DNA of 64,000 bases, taken from Polyangiaceae bacterium. Lineage in GTDB: Bacteria > Myxococcota_A > Polyangia > Polyangiales > Polyangiaceae. Under the pieces are notes generated by a model that worked only from the letters and a program-made list of their open reading frames with translations, had not been told where the DNA came from and ran no database searches. The position numbers and the translations under genes are program-made. The stretch's first letter is position 1. Every line of letters starts with the position of its first letter. The stretch spans positions 1 through 64,000 of the forward strand of contig JANRKO010000092.1 of NCBI GenBank assembly GCA_033763455.1, written 5' to 3'. Shown piece after piece: positions 38,020 to 47,397 of the stretch.

Positions 38020-39552
38020 GTGGTGGATCTCGAGGTGAGCACGACTAAAGACGGCGAGCATCGGCCGTTCGGGAAACACCGCGCGCTCTGGGAAGGCGTT
38101 TTCGCGGTGGCTGCCCTCGCGCTCACGGTGCCTCTGTGGTTTGCAAGCTACCCTCCGCTCCAGGATTTCCCGCAACACGTAGCGGCAGTGCGCGTCATTC
38201 ACGATTTAAATACTCCGGAGTTTGCCTTTCGCAACTTCTTTGAGGTCGATTGGTCGCGAACCCAATACCTCTCTGTCTACCTTTGCGCCCACCTCCTGGC
38301 ATACGCGTTCGGTGTCATCTTGGCCTGCAAGCTATTGCTCGCAGCGATCTTAGTTGCGCTGCCGTATTCACTGCGCTCCGTTCTGAAGGCGCATGGCCAT
38401 CCGGAGTGTTACGCGCTGCTTTGCCTCCCGCTCAGCTACAATGTCCATTTTGTTCTAGGCTTCCTCAATTTTTTGGCCGCTATTCCGTTGTTCTTTTGGG
38501 GTGTCAGTGCGGCGGTTCGCTATCGAACAAAGCCGAACGTGTTTGGTGCGTTGTTGTTGGGCGTCCTGGCTCTTCTGCTCTTCTACACACACGTCATTCC
38601 GTTCGTGATGTTGCTGGGTGCGGTGTTTGGTTTGGCTCTGCAGCGCGATGTGCGAAGGCTCGCCGCCGCCCTGTTGCCGGTCGTTCCTGCGCTCGTAGCG
38701 CTGGCGTTTTGGATGTTCCGGAGTCCCGCGGGGCGCATCGTGATGGGGGCTTCCACGGCAGAGGCGCCGCGACCGGCAGAATACGCCACCGTAACGCAGA
38801 ACCTGAGAGATCTTTCCAGATGGCTCCTCGACGTTGTGCCTGGTTCGAGCGACGAAACGGTCTTGCTGATTTGGGTCGCTCTGTTCTTTACAGCGGTTCT
38901 TCTCGGTAATTCTATCCACGGAGCCCGAAGTGCCCCGTTATTGGGTCGTTGGATCTGGTTGCTGCCGGCGACGGCGCTGGGCTATTTTTTTGCGCCGGTA
39001 GCCTATGATTGGATTTGGCCGATCAACGGCAGGTTTCCGATCTTGATGCTGCTGCTCGGCATTGTCTTGATGCCGCGCCTCTCCCTCTGGCCGAAGCGAG
39101 TGCTTTCGTTAGGGGCCCTGGGCCTTGAGGCAGTTTCCGTGGTTACCGTGTCTCGGGCTTTCGCCGAGAGCGAGAGCGAGTCGAGGGGGCTGCACAGCAT
39201 GATTGCTCAAATTCCAAAGGGTGAACGCGTCGCGGGTCTGATCTTCAGGTCCACTTCTCGGGCCCTGAATTTCAACGTGTTTCTCCATTCAGTGGCCTGG
39301 TATCAAGCCGAACGCGGGGGAGCGGTGATGTTCAGTTTTGTCGACTTCCCGCAATCCCCTGTGCGTTTTCTGGCCGCCAGTCGTCCCCCAAAGGTGTTCC
39401 CTCGCTGGGAATACCGGCCCGACCTTGTGCACCCGCGCACCGAGCTCGGCTGGTACAGCTACGTGATCTCGCGCGAAGGTCCGGGGGAGCTCCCCGGGCT
39501 CACTCTAGTGGCCCAGGATGGCCCGTGGCGCCTTTGGCAAACGGCCCCTTGA
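38020..39552 (+). CDS. Polytopic membrane protein, possible GT-C-type glycosyltransferase
   Basis: About 10-12 TM segments, PPLQDFPQH loop after TM1, GFLNF, FYTH and a C-terminal soluble domain. Confidence 0.6.
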   Translation: MVDLEVSTTKDGEHRPFGKHRALWEGVFAVAALALTVPLWFASYPPLQDFPQHVAAVRVIHDLNTPEFAFRNFFEVDWSRTQYLSVYLCAHLLAYAFGVILACKLLLAAILVALPYSLRSVLKAHGHPECYALLCLPLSYNVHFVLGFLNFLAAIPLFFWGVSAAVRYRTKPNVFGALLLGVLALLLFYTHVIPFVMLLGAVFGLALQRDVRRLAAALLPVVPALVALAFWMFRSPAGRIVMGASTAEAPRPAEYATVTQNLRDLSRWLLDVVPGSSDETVLLIWVALFFTAVLLGNSIHGARSAPLLGRWIWLLPATALGYFFAPVAYDWIWPINGRFPILMLLLGIVLMPRLSLWPKRVLSLGALGLEAVSVVTVSRAFAESESESRGLHSMIAQIPKGERVAGLIFRSTSRALNFNVFLHSVAWYQAERGGAVMFSFVDFPQSPVRFLAASRPPKVFPRWEYRPDLVHPRTELGWYSYVISREGPGELPGLTLVAQDGPWRLWQTAP

Positions 39553-39592
39553 CGCTCGGCCGGAGATGTTCGAAGAGTGCGGCTCCTTACCG

Positions 39593-39682
39593 GGAGGAGT
39601 GGCCGAGCGGTTCATGGCACCGGTTTTGAAAACCGGCGTAGTCGAAAGGCTACCGGGGGTTCGAATCCCTCCTCCTCCGCCA
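39593..39682 (+). tRNA. tRNA-Ser(TGA)
   Basis: Acceptor GGAGGAG/CTCCTCC, discriminator G and encoded CCA. Anticodon arm CCGGT-TTTGAAA-ACCGG, long variable arm (GTAGTC-GAAA-GGCTAC) and T loop TTCGAAT. Confidence 0.97.
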
Positions 39683-39703
39683 AAGCGGACCGAAGGTCCG
39701 CTT
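39683..39703 (+). terminator. Hairpin immediately 3' of the tRNA (terminator or processing signal)
   Basis: AAGCGGACC-GAA-GGTCCGCTT is a perfect 9-bp stem. No U-tract. Confidence 0.45.
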
Positions 39704-39763
39704 GCGGAAGAGCAGGGATATCGTGGTTGATTGCTCGCGCTTGGGAGCGCTCGCGCAAGGCCG

Positions 39764-39792
39764 CGAATCCCTCCTCCTCCGCTTGCGGAAGA
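39764..39792 (+). repeat. Duplicate of the tRNA-Ser 3' end and downstream flank
   Basis: CGAATCCCTCCTCCTCCGC at 39764-39782 equals 39662-39680. TCCGCTTGCGGAAGA at 39778-39792 equals 39697-39711. Confidence 0.9.
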
Positions 39793-39797
39793 TATTG

Positions 39798-40673
39798 TCA
39801 GCTCCCGCCGTGCTCCTGGCGGGCTCGTTCGCGGTAGGTGCGCGGTCCGGTGCCAGCATGCTTAAGGAAAACGCGGCCGAAGTAGTTGGCGTCAGGAATG
39901 CCCACGTCACCTGCAATTTGCTTGATCGGGGCATCGGTATGCTTGAGCAGGTGTTCGGCGCGCTGCACGCGAATGTGTGTGAGGTAGGCCGCCGGCGAGA
40001 GCCCGAAGCAATCGACAAAGCATCGTCGCAAGGTGCTTTGGGACATGTGCGCGCGCCGACAGAGCTCGGAAAGCGTGATCGGACGATGAAAGTTCTTCTC
40101 AATCCAACTAAGCAACGATGATAGACGAAGCAAAGATTTGGAAGAATCGTGGCTGAGCGTTTCGTAGCGACGAGCAAGCTCGATCACGATGGCTATGAAG
40201 ATGCTGCTCAAGGTCAGCTGAAAGCACGGGCTTTTCTTCAGAACTTCCTCGTGCATCTTATCCAGCCACACTTCGATTTCGGAGAGTGCACCTTCGTCGA
40301 GCTGAAGACGGCTGGCAAAGGCATGTTGCGTGCGCAGCCTTGGCTCTAGCGTGAAGAGCGCGTGGTAGCCGGGAAGCTGATTGAGCTGATGCTCCGGCAT
40401 GATCAGCCGCTTTGAATCGAACAGGATATTCATAACCTGGAGCGATTCACAGTGTGCGTACCCATGCTCGGCGTGCGGTGGGACGACAAACACATCTCCT
40501 CGCCGGATCGGAAAAGACTCGGTGCCCAGTACGTGCTGGCCGGTTCCTTGGCGCACAATCACGAGCTCAGAGTGCCCGAAGTGCCGGTGCAGGCCGATAT
40601 TTCGCTGGGCCACTGGGTAGGCTGTGAGGGGGAACTCACTCAAGCCTTGTGCATAGAATTCCCACGGCGGCAT
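39798..40673 (-). CDS. AraC-family regulator (RhaR/RhaS-like, cupin N-domain)
   Basis: LHRHFGHSELVIV..GTGQH, GDVFVV..HGY, LPGYHALFTLEP and a C-terminal double HTH. Start taken at MPPWEF. Confidence 0.9.
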   Translation of the reverse strand: MPPWEFYAQGLSEFPLTAYPVAQRNIGLHRHFGHSELVIVRQGTGQHVLGTESFPIRRGDVFVVPPHAEHGYAHCESLQVMNILFDSKRLIMPEHQLNQLPGYHALFTLEPRLRTQHAFASRLQLDEGALSEIEVWLDKMHEEVLKKSPCFQLTLSSIFIAIVIELARRYETLSHDSSKSLLRLSSLLSWIEKNFHRPITLSELCRRAHMSQSTLRRCFVDCFGLSPAAYLTHIRVQRAEHLLKHTDAPIKQIAGDVGIPDANYFGRVFLKHAGTGPRTYRERARQEHGGS

Positions 40674-40734
40674 GGGTTCAGCGTAGCAGGCTTCCGGAGC
40701 GGTGACGGCGTGGGGTCGGCCCGTCTCGCGGCGA

Positions 40735-41676
40735 TCAGCGAGCCGGCTCGTAGTAGTCCGCAATCATTTTGGCCCAGATAGGCGCCGCTTCGGGGCTTGG
40801 GTGCGGCGGCAAGTTGTAGTCTGAACACGCCTTGGCTTCGAAACGCGGCGAGGCCAGCACAAAGCCTTGAGAGGAGGCGGCCAGCTCGGCAATAGCTTGA
40901 TCTTGCCCAGGGCTAATGGTTAGCCGGTTGGTGTCTTCGTTGGGGCAGCCCATATTCCCGGGTGCACGCACGAACGTGGCCAGCTCCACTTGCCTGAGAT
41001 TGGAAAATTTCGCCTTGAGGTTAGCTACAACTTTTTCCAACGGAGGCTTCCACTCCTCCACTGTCTTGTAGTCCCAATTGAGCCCGACAAAGATCACTCG
41101 ATCTGGGTTGCTTGCGGAGGAGGCGCAAGGGGAGGTGATGGGTTCGGACCAGATTGGGTCATTAGGGTCTGCCCAAAGCTCCACCATGCCTTCGTGCACG
41201 CCCCGCAATTCCCAGCGAGAATCAGTGACGCCCCACGATTGTCCATCGGCTTTCTCAAAGCCTTCGTTGTACCACTCCGCGGTGGCCAAGATGCCTTGTA
41301 CTAAGGTGCAAGTGAATTCACTGGGTGGTGTGCTTGCGGCACCGCCAGAGCTCGGCGAACCACCTAAGCTGGAGCCCCCGCTGCTCGCACCCCCACCACC
41401 CGTTGAGCCGCCCACCATCTGTGGTGCACCACCGGATGCACTAGGCTGACCGCCGAGCGCGGCGGAGCTCGGCGGTCCCCCGGAGCCTCTTCCGCCGAAA
41501 GCAGGCGACGAGCCGGGGCTTCCACCCATAGCGGGCACCAATGGCCGCGCCCCACCAGCTTCCATGTAGGTGCCGCCCGCACTAGGTGAAGGCTCGATAG
41601 CTCGTTGCTCTGCAGCACTGCTGCAGCCTGAGGCCAACAAGCTGAGCCCACCCAGCACCCGCGCCACCATTGACAT
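40735..41676 (-). CDS. Hypothetical lipoprotein with Gly/Ser tether and globular C-domain
   Basis: Lipobox ASGC. The C-domain ends in PPHPS...WAKMIA, weakly SGNH-like. Confidence 0.7.
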   Translation of the reverse strand: MSMVARVLGGLSLLASGCSSAAEQRAIEPSPSAGGTYMEAGGARPLVPAMGGSPGSSPAFGGRGSGGPPSSAALGGQPSASGGAPQMVGGSTGGGGASSGGSSLGGSPSSGGAASTPPSEFTCTLVQGILATAEWYNEGFEKADGQSWGVTDSRWELRGVHEGMVELWADPNDPIWSEPITSPCASSASNPDRVIFVGLNWDYKTVEEWKPPLEKVVANLKAKFSNLRQVELATFVRAPGNMGCPNEDTNRLTISPGQDQAIAELAASSQGFVLASPRFEAKACSDYNLPPHPSPEAAPIWAKMIADYYEPAR

Positions 41677-41952
41677 TCGCACGGCAATGCCGCGCCCACT
41701 CGATACTCGCCCTAGCGTTCTCAGCACGAAAAGAAGCATAGCTGCTGCTTGGACAGGCGTGGGGTGCCTGACCGAATGTTACGACTCTTTTGAGAAAAAT
41801 GGACAAATGCTCCACTTTTCCCTCGCCCCGGGAGCCTGCGCGGAGCGAGGCGCAGCATTACCCGACTGAGCTCAATTCTACGCTTGGAGTGGCTTCATCC
41901 GTACATCAACCTTTTCGAGGCAACGCCCGCTTTCGGTTGAATGGGAAACACC

Positions 41953-42822
41953 TCAATACATGCCGCTTTCCTTGAAGGCGCCCGGCGAAACCCCGAAGCG
42001 TCGAGTGAAGACTTTTCCAAAGTAATTTGCCGAAGAAAACCCAACATGCGCCGCTATTTCTTTCACCGAAAGGCGGCCCTCCTGCACCAGCTCTACGGCG
42101 GCATCCAAACGCAACTGCATAAGGTAGCGGCCGGGAGAGATGCGCACGCACTTTTGGAACTCGCGGGTAAAATGGTGTCGACTCAAGCCGGCAGCATTGG
42201 CCATTTGCGGGACTCCTATCGGACGCCCAAGATTCTGCCGGCAGTACTCTCTCACGCGCCTGACGAACGGTGGCACGTTGGCATCGTCCGAGCGTTGCAC
42301 TGCATCGAGCGCCTCCATCGCCAAGCTGTACGCAAGCGCAGAGGCTTGCGCCGCAGATGCTATATCGCCGCGCAGCACTCGTTCGCAGACTCGCGCGGCA
42401 GTGCTAACTGGGGGGGCGCCTTCGGGGAATTGCACGAGCGGCCCCACCCGCGCCAACAGGTGTGCCCACACACGAGCAACGGCGGGCCCACGCAGCGCGA
42501 GGTAGAAGAATTCCCAGTTGCCGCCTTCAGGCAGAAAGTATCGGTTATCGTGAGGGAACGAGAGCAACATCGTTTGCCCTGGCAAAACTGGGCTCGTTTT
42601 TCCCTCGAAGGTCAATCGCCCTTCGCCCGAGATGGTGTGCTGAAAGAGTACAAATTCGGCGTACTTCCGCTTCAGACCATGCCAATCGTAAGGCGGCTGC
42701 CGGATGTGCGAAAACCCTGCACTTGCGATCCCTGCATCAAGCTCAACCGCGCTCTCCTTGAACAGCAACGGGCGCTCCAGGTGGCCGAGCCGTTTCAGGG
42801 GGGAATACAGCAGCGGAGGCAT
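41953..42822 (-). CDS. AraC-family regulator
   Basis: FQHTISGEG, GLSRHHFTREF and SVKEIAAHVGFSSANYFGKVF. Divergent from the GH36 gene. Start uncertain; the track gives 42936. Confidence 0.92.
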   Translation of the reverse strand: MPPLLYSPLKRLGHLERPLLFKESAVELDAGIASAGFSHIRQPPYDWHGLKRKYAEFVLFQHTISGEGRLTFEGKTSPVLPGQTMLLSFPHDNRYFLPEGGNWEFFYLALRGPAVARVWAHLLARVGPLVQFPEGAPPVSTAARVCERVLRGDIASAAQASALAYSLAMEALDAVQRSDDANVPPFVRRVREYCRQNLGRPIGVPQMANAAGLSRHHFTREFQKCVRISPGRYLMQLRLDAAVELVQEGRLSVKEIAAHVGFSSANYFGKVFTRRFGVSPGAFKESGMY

Positions 42823-42919
42823 AACAAGGCTTTCGAACGGAACTTCTCTAAGTTTTCCTAAGGCCTTCCAATAGAACTTCTTTAGCTCCCTTCGGTCAAG
42901 CAACCAACTGTGAAAAATC

Positions 42920-44962
42920 ATGGCAAGCTCTATCACTTTCTCTCACAACGAACTCGTCGCCCGAAGCTTTTGCATGGAGCGTAGGTGGGCAATCAAGGAT
43001 GGTTTACTCATTGCTACCAGCCTCACTCGTATTGCTGCTTCGGGCACCCGACGCGAGTGGTTGCAACCGCACTCGTTCGTCACGCCGGAGGGGGTGCGCC
43101 CATCGGTGGTCCCGCCTTCCGGGCCGCCGCTGGGCCCCCATACCGTCGAGTTTACGCTGTTAGACGGCCCTGAATCGCCCGTGCACGCCCCGGCCGTTCG
43201 AGCTTGCCTCGAAGTGTTGGCGGCGGAGGGTTCCGGGTATTGTTTTCTGGTTTCGGTGTTCGAAGGTAGTGGCGCTATCGTGTGCAGGCTGGAGCAGCGA
43301 GGCAGTGCCCTGGCTGAGCGCCGAGCGCTGGGGGAAGCTGAGAGCGCTGGTGCTTCGCCCACGGGCGTGGAGGTCGACGAGCAGTTGGCATCCGTTGCGG
43401 GTATTGGAAGAGACCTCCTGGAGTCGTTTACCTGCGCAGGTTTCCATTTGAACCTAACCGTGGTGGATCTGGTCGATCAAACTGATATTCATGATACGCT
43501 CGCCTTTGAACGCAGCTTTCGCCTCTGCAACATCGAGAAGGTGAGCGCGAGCACCTGCCTGGCTGCTTTGGAAGATCCGCTGACGGAAGAGGGCCTCTTG
43601 CTCGTGAAGCTGGCACCGCTTCCTCATGCTCAGGCCGTAAGGTCACCGGCGGATGTTGTGACGGACGGTCTTCATATTCAGCTTCTTGGCCACGGATTTG
43701 TGGCGCCTGGCCGCGGCTACCGCTGGTGCGTTCTGCCCTACGAAGGTGGGCGCATGGGGAGGGCTCGAAAGCTGCACGCGCTGCAACGGTCGCTTCGCGT
43801 GCCGCGCCGAGGGCGAGATGGGCAACTGATTTCCAACACGTGGGGAGACCGCAACCGGGACACTCGGATCAGTGCGGAGTTCATTTGCAAGGAAATGCTG
43901 CATGGGGCCCGCTTAGGAATAGATGTTTGCGAAATCGACGACGGTTGGGAGCAAGGGATCACTTCCAACTCGGCGGAGGCGCGCGCGAAAAATGGTGTTT
44001 GGGAGGGATATTGGGCGGCAGACCCCGAGTATTGGCAGCCACGGGCTCGCACTTTTCCGGACGGCATGGCCCCCGTGGTACGCGCCGCGCGTGAAGTGAA
44101 TATTGGGCTCGGGCTTTGGTTTGGGCCTGATAGTTCGGACGACTTTAGCAACTGGCAAAAGGACGTGCAGGCTTGCCTTCACATGTGGCGCTCTTGGCAG
44201 GTGGCCTTCATCAAGCTGGATGGTGTGAAGCTGCGAAGCCAAAAGTCAGCGGAGAATTTTCAGCGTTTTTTGGACACCACGCTTCGCGAGTCGGCAGGCG
44301 ATATTATTTTTGATATGGATATCACCGCGGAGAATCGCCCAGGGTATTTGGGGGCTATCGAAGCAGGTCAGCTTTTTTTGGAGAATCGTTACACGGATTG
44401 GCGGCGCTATTTCCCTCACGCTACGCTTCGCAACATCTGGATGTTGTCGTGGTACGTGCCGCCGCAGCGCTTGCGCATGGAATTCCTGAACCCCGCGCGC
44501 AATCAAGAGCGCTTCTTTGAGGACCCTTTGGCTCCCGCTCAATATCCGCCCGAAATGCTGTTTGCCGTGGTGATGGCCACGGCCCCGCTTGGCTTTTTCG
44601 AAGTGAGCGAGCTTCCACCGTCGGTGGTGGCTGCTTGGCAGCCGATCATCGCGATTTGGCGTGAGCACCGTGAGGAGCTTCAACGCGGATCCATGCTGCC
44701 CATCGGTGAATGTCCATCCGGCGCTAGCTTTACGGGGTTCTGTTCGGATACCGACGGCGTGGCACACGTCCTTGTCTATCGAGAGCTTACCCGTTCGGCC
44801 AAAGCTCAGCTCGCGCTCCCTTTGGAGGGCGCTTGGGCCGTGAACACCAAGATCGCGGGTGACGGTGAAGCCCTTTTGGATGGCACAACACTGCACGTGC
44901 ACCTACCCAAAGCGCTCAGCTTTGCGTGGTTTCGCCTGGTACGGGATCCTCGCCACGTGTGA
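42920..44962 (+). CDS. Alpha-galactosidase-like glycoside hydrolase (GH36/clan D)
   Basis: SNTWG, EIDDGW, FPDGM, GLWFGP and IKLDG. No signal peptide. Confidence 0.82.
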   Translation: MASSITFSHNELVARSFCMERRWAIKDGLLIATSLTRIAASGTRREWLQPHSFVTPEGVRPSVVPPSGPPLGPHTVEFTLLDGPESPVHAPAVRACLEVLAAEGSGYCFLVSVFEGSGAIVCRLEQRGSALAERRALGEAESAGASPTGVEVDEQLASVAGIGRDLLESFTCAGFHLNLTVVDLVDQTDIHDTLAFERSFRLCNIEKVSASTCLAALEDPLTEEGLLLVKLAPLPHAQAVRSPADVVTDGLHIQLLGHGFVAPGRGYRWCVLPYEGGRMGRARKLHALQRSLRVPRRGRDGQLISNTWGDRNRDTRISAEFICKEMLHGARLGIDVCEIDDGWEQGITSNSAEARAKNGVWEGYWAADPEYWQPRARTFPDGMAPVVRAAREVNIGLGLWFGPDSSDDFSNWQKDVQACLHMWRSWQVAFIKLDGVKLRSQKSAENFQRFLDTTLRESAGDIIFDMDITAENRPGYLGAIEAGQLFLENRYTDWRRYFPHATLRNIWMLSWYVPPQRLRMEFLNPARNQERFFEDPLAPAQYPPEMLFAVVMATAPLGFFEVSELPPSVVAAWQPIIAIWREHREELQRGSMLPIGECPSGASFTGFCSDTDGVAHVLVYRELTRSAKAQLALPLEGAWAVNTKIAGDGEALLDGTTLHVHLPKALSFAWFRLVRDPRHV

Positions 44963-44998
44963 GCAGCCGGGCGGAGCCCGCAGCGCGCGAACTGCAGC

Positions 44999-45970
44999 TC
45001 AGCGGCAACCGATGCGTTCGGTTCCAAGAGCTAGATCGTCGTACCAAAGAGTTGCCGGATCGCCGCTATATTTTTCATACCCGATCCCCACCGAGGCGTA
45101 GGTGGGAGACCAATTCATGCGATTCTGGAAGCCATCTTTCATATTAGGGTTCCAGTTGGTAACGTGAAGAGGCAAAATTTCTTGGTCATCCACCCAAACG
45201 CGGGCCTCTTGATTCTGCCCGTCGAAGTGCACCTCCAAGCAGTACCAAGTGTCGGGCAGAAAGCTGAGCCCGGGTGTGCCGTCATCGTAGTCACGGCCGC
45301 TTGAGAGTTGCTCTGGATCGCCCGGCATCAGATTCACTTCGAGCATCTTGTAGTGATACCCGACGCGCAGCTCGTGGTCGTCCATGGCGTTCTTCCCAGC
45401 CTCAACGTACGTGGAATGCCCCGAGCCCATGGGAGACGAGGAGCGCAGGAATACGCGCAAAAAGAACGAATTGTTGGCCACTGGCAAGCCTGTTTTAGGC
45501 CTCAAGAACGCTCGGTAGCCCGTGCCCAGAACCTTGACGGAGTTGGCACCGGAGTGGGCAAGCGATCCATCAACGGCGATGCCCTGGCTCGTGATGAGAT
45601 CGACAGTCCACTTGTTGGGATCAGGCGGCCCACTAGGCACAGCCGACTCGAAGTCATCACACAGAAAGAGACCGGAGGCGGCGCATGGACCGGTCTGAGT
45701 AGGCGCTCCGACGGTTCCTCCGGAGCCCAAGGTTGCGGCTGAGGTGCCGCCGTTTTCTGATTGGGCCCGTGGATTGGACCCTCCGCTTCCAGCGCCAGGG
45801 CTTCCGCCGAGCGAGACTGCTGAGGTGGAGCCAGCAGCCATCCCCGAGCCGCCGAGCCCTCCTGCATGCGCAGGAGCTCCCTTGTGCGCTGTCGTGCCCC
45901 CAGCGTTGCCGCAAGCAGGGAGCGTCGGCAGAATACCGAGGGCAAAGAATGGTGCGAGGTGCAGCTTCAT
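44999..45970 (-). CDS. Lipoprotein with Cip1-like beta-sandwich domain
   Basis: Lipobox LPAC; FLCDDFES, AHSGANSVKV, WYCLEVHFD and LWYDDLALGTERIGC. Confidence 0.72.
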   Translation of the reverse strand: MKLHLAPFFALGILPTLPACGNAGGTTAHKGAPAHAGGLGGSGMAAGSTSAVSLGGSPGAGSGGSNPRAQSENGGTSAATLGSGGTVGAPTQTGPCAASGLFLCDDFESAVPSGPPDPNKWTVDLITSQGIAVDGSLAHSGANSVKVLGTGYRAFLRPKTGLPVANNSFFLRVFLRSSSPMGSGHSTYVEAGKNAMDDHELRVGYHYKMLEVNLMPGDPEQLSSGRDYDDGTPGLSFLPDTWYCLEVHFDGQNQEARVWVDDQEILPLHVTNWNPNMKDGFQNRMNWSPTYASVGIGYEKYSGDPATLWYDDLALGTERIGCR

Positions 45971-45981
45971 GCGGGTGAGTC

Positions 45982-47397
45982 CTAAACCAAGATCTCTGAA
46001 AGCACGCCGCGATTGATCCCGGCGTCCCCAAAAGTTGGAATGTTGGCGCCTAAGGCGTGAGCCAAGGTGACTAACAGATCGTTATGACTGCGTGCACCTG
46101 TGCCAGGCTGTGCATTCGGGCTCAGCACCGGATAGGTGACGTTCTGCCCCGTTTTGATGCGACCTCCGGCTCCTCCTAGCAAAACAAAGGGCATGTTGGC
46201 GTGGTTGTGACTATTGCCGTTGTCCAGCTCATTTCCCCAGCACAAAAGGCTCTGCTTAAGAAGAGGCTCACCCCCTGCGCCAGTGGCGGTGCTCAGCAGA
46301 CCCAGAAAGTATGCGACTTGATCGGCCAACCACACATTCACGGTCGTCGCCCGTTCAATGGGGATCTTATAATTTGCTAACTGCTCCGCTGTGGGATGGT
46401 CGGGATCCGGCATCGCATAGCCGCCAGCGCCCAGGCCCTGTGCCTGGGGAACTTGGTGCGAGATGCCATCGTGAAAATCCACGGGGATATTGAGGAATTC
46501 TGGCACCCAGGGGCTGCGCGCCTGGGAGAACTGAAAACTCGCAATGCGCGTCAAACCGCACGTGAGTGCCATCGATAAAATCTCAAGTTGTGTCCGAACG
46601 AGAGCCGGGTAGTCGAACACCGTCGGCAACGTGGGTGCTGTGCAAAGCGTAGAGGGCGCCTGAGTCACGTCGGTCTGTTTGGCGATGTTGTTCCACGACT
46701 CGCGCAATGCCTGAAGCTGCCTCCGATCCTCTGAAATAAGGCGTGGTTCGAGATCGTTGAGCTCTTGGTGTAGATGCGCAAAAAGCGCCTTCCGCATTAA
46801 AATGCGTTCGTCAGCTGAGCCCGCGCCAGCGCTCGGGAGACCGAAAAACAATTCGTCGACCGTTGTTTTAGGATCTTCACGCGGATCGAGTGGCTGACCC
46901 CACCCCGAGTAGATCATCCGGTTGAGCCCACTTGCTCCTTGATAGTCCTGCGGAGATTTGGCCCGCAACTCAAGCGTTCGAAATCGCGTCTTGGGCTTCA
47001 GCTCATCGGCGATACGCTGATCGATGGATGGAGAAGCCGCGAATCCTTCGTCGCCGCTCGCAGCGACCCCCGTCCAGAGCGTCTTCATACCCGGGCCGTG
47101 CGTGCCCCCATCCACGGCCTGATTTTCGAGCCCCGTTACAACGATGACTTGCTCTCGGAAAGGTTCGAGGGGTTTCAGCCAGGGGCGGAGCGACATCTTG
47201 TTGTCCACCGTGTCGGCGCCGTAGAGGTGCCTTACGACTCCGTTGGGAGTGAACAAGAGTACGAGGATCGGCTCTGCCACCGCGGCGGTTGCTGTCGGAA
47301 GCCCTCGAACAAAGGGGGCAGCTAAGGCGGAGCAGCCCAGCCCCGCAAGAAATCTGCGGCGGCTAGTGGTTCCAGCTCCAAAGCGCAATAGCTTCAC
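45982..47397 (-). CDS. DUF1552-family Tat-exported protein, copy 3
   Basis: Tat signal SRRRFLAG, FTPNG, SIDQ, CGLTR, FHDGISH, NSHNH and HNDLLVTL. Confidence 0.88.
   Translation of the reverse strand: MKLLRFGAGTTSRRRFLAGLGCSALAAPFVRGLPTATAAVAEPILVLLFTPNGVVRHLYGADTVDNKMSLRPWLKPLEPFREQVIVVTGLENQAVDGGTHGPGMKTLWTGVAASGDEGFAASPSIDQRIADELKPKTRFRTLELRAKSPQDYQGASGLNRMIYSGWGQPLDPREDPKTTVDELFFGLPSAGAGSADERILMRKALFAHLHQELNDLEPRLISEDRRQLQALRESWNNIAKQTDVTQAPSTLCTAPTLPTVFDYPALVRTQLEILSMALTCGLTRIASFQFSQARSPWVPEFLNIPVDFHDGISHQVPQAQGLGAGGYAMPDPDHPTAEQLANYKIPIERATTVNVWLADQVAYFLGLLSTATGAGGEPLLKQSLLCWGNELDNGNSHNHANMPFVLLGGAGGRIKTGQNVTYPVLSPNAQPGTGARSHNDLLVTLAHALGANIPTFGDAGINRGVLSEILV

Noticed and set aside
39593..39682. 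Selenocysteine or suppressor tRNA
   Set aside because: Anticodon TGA reads UCA (Ser), and the 7-bp acceptor stem is normal.
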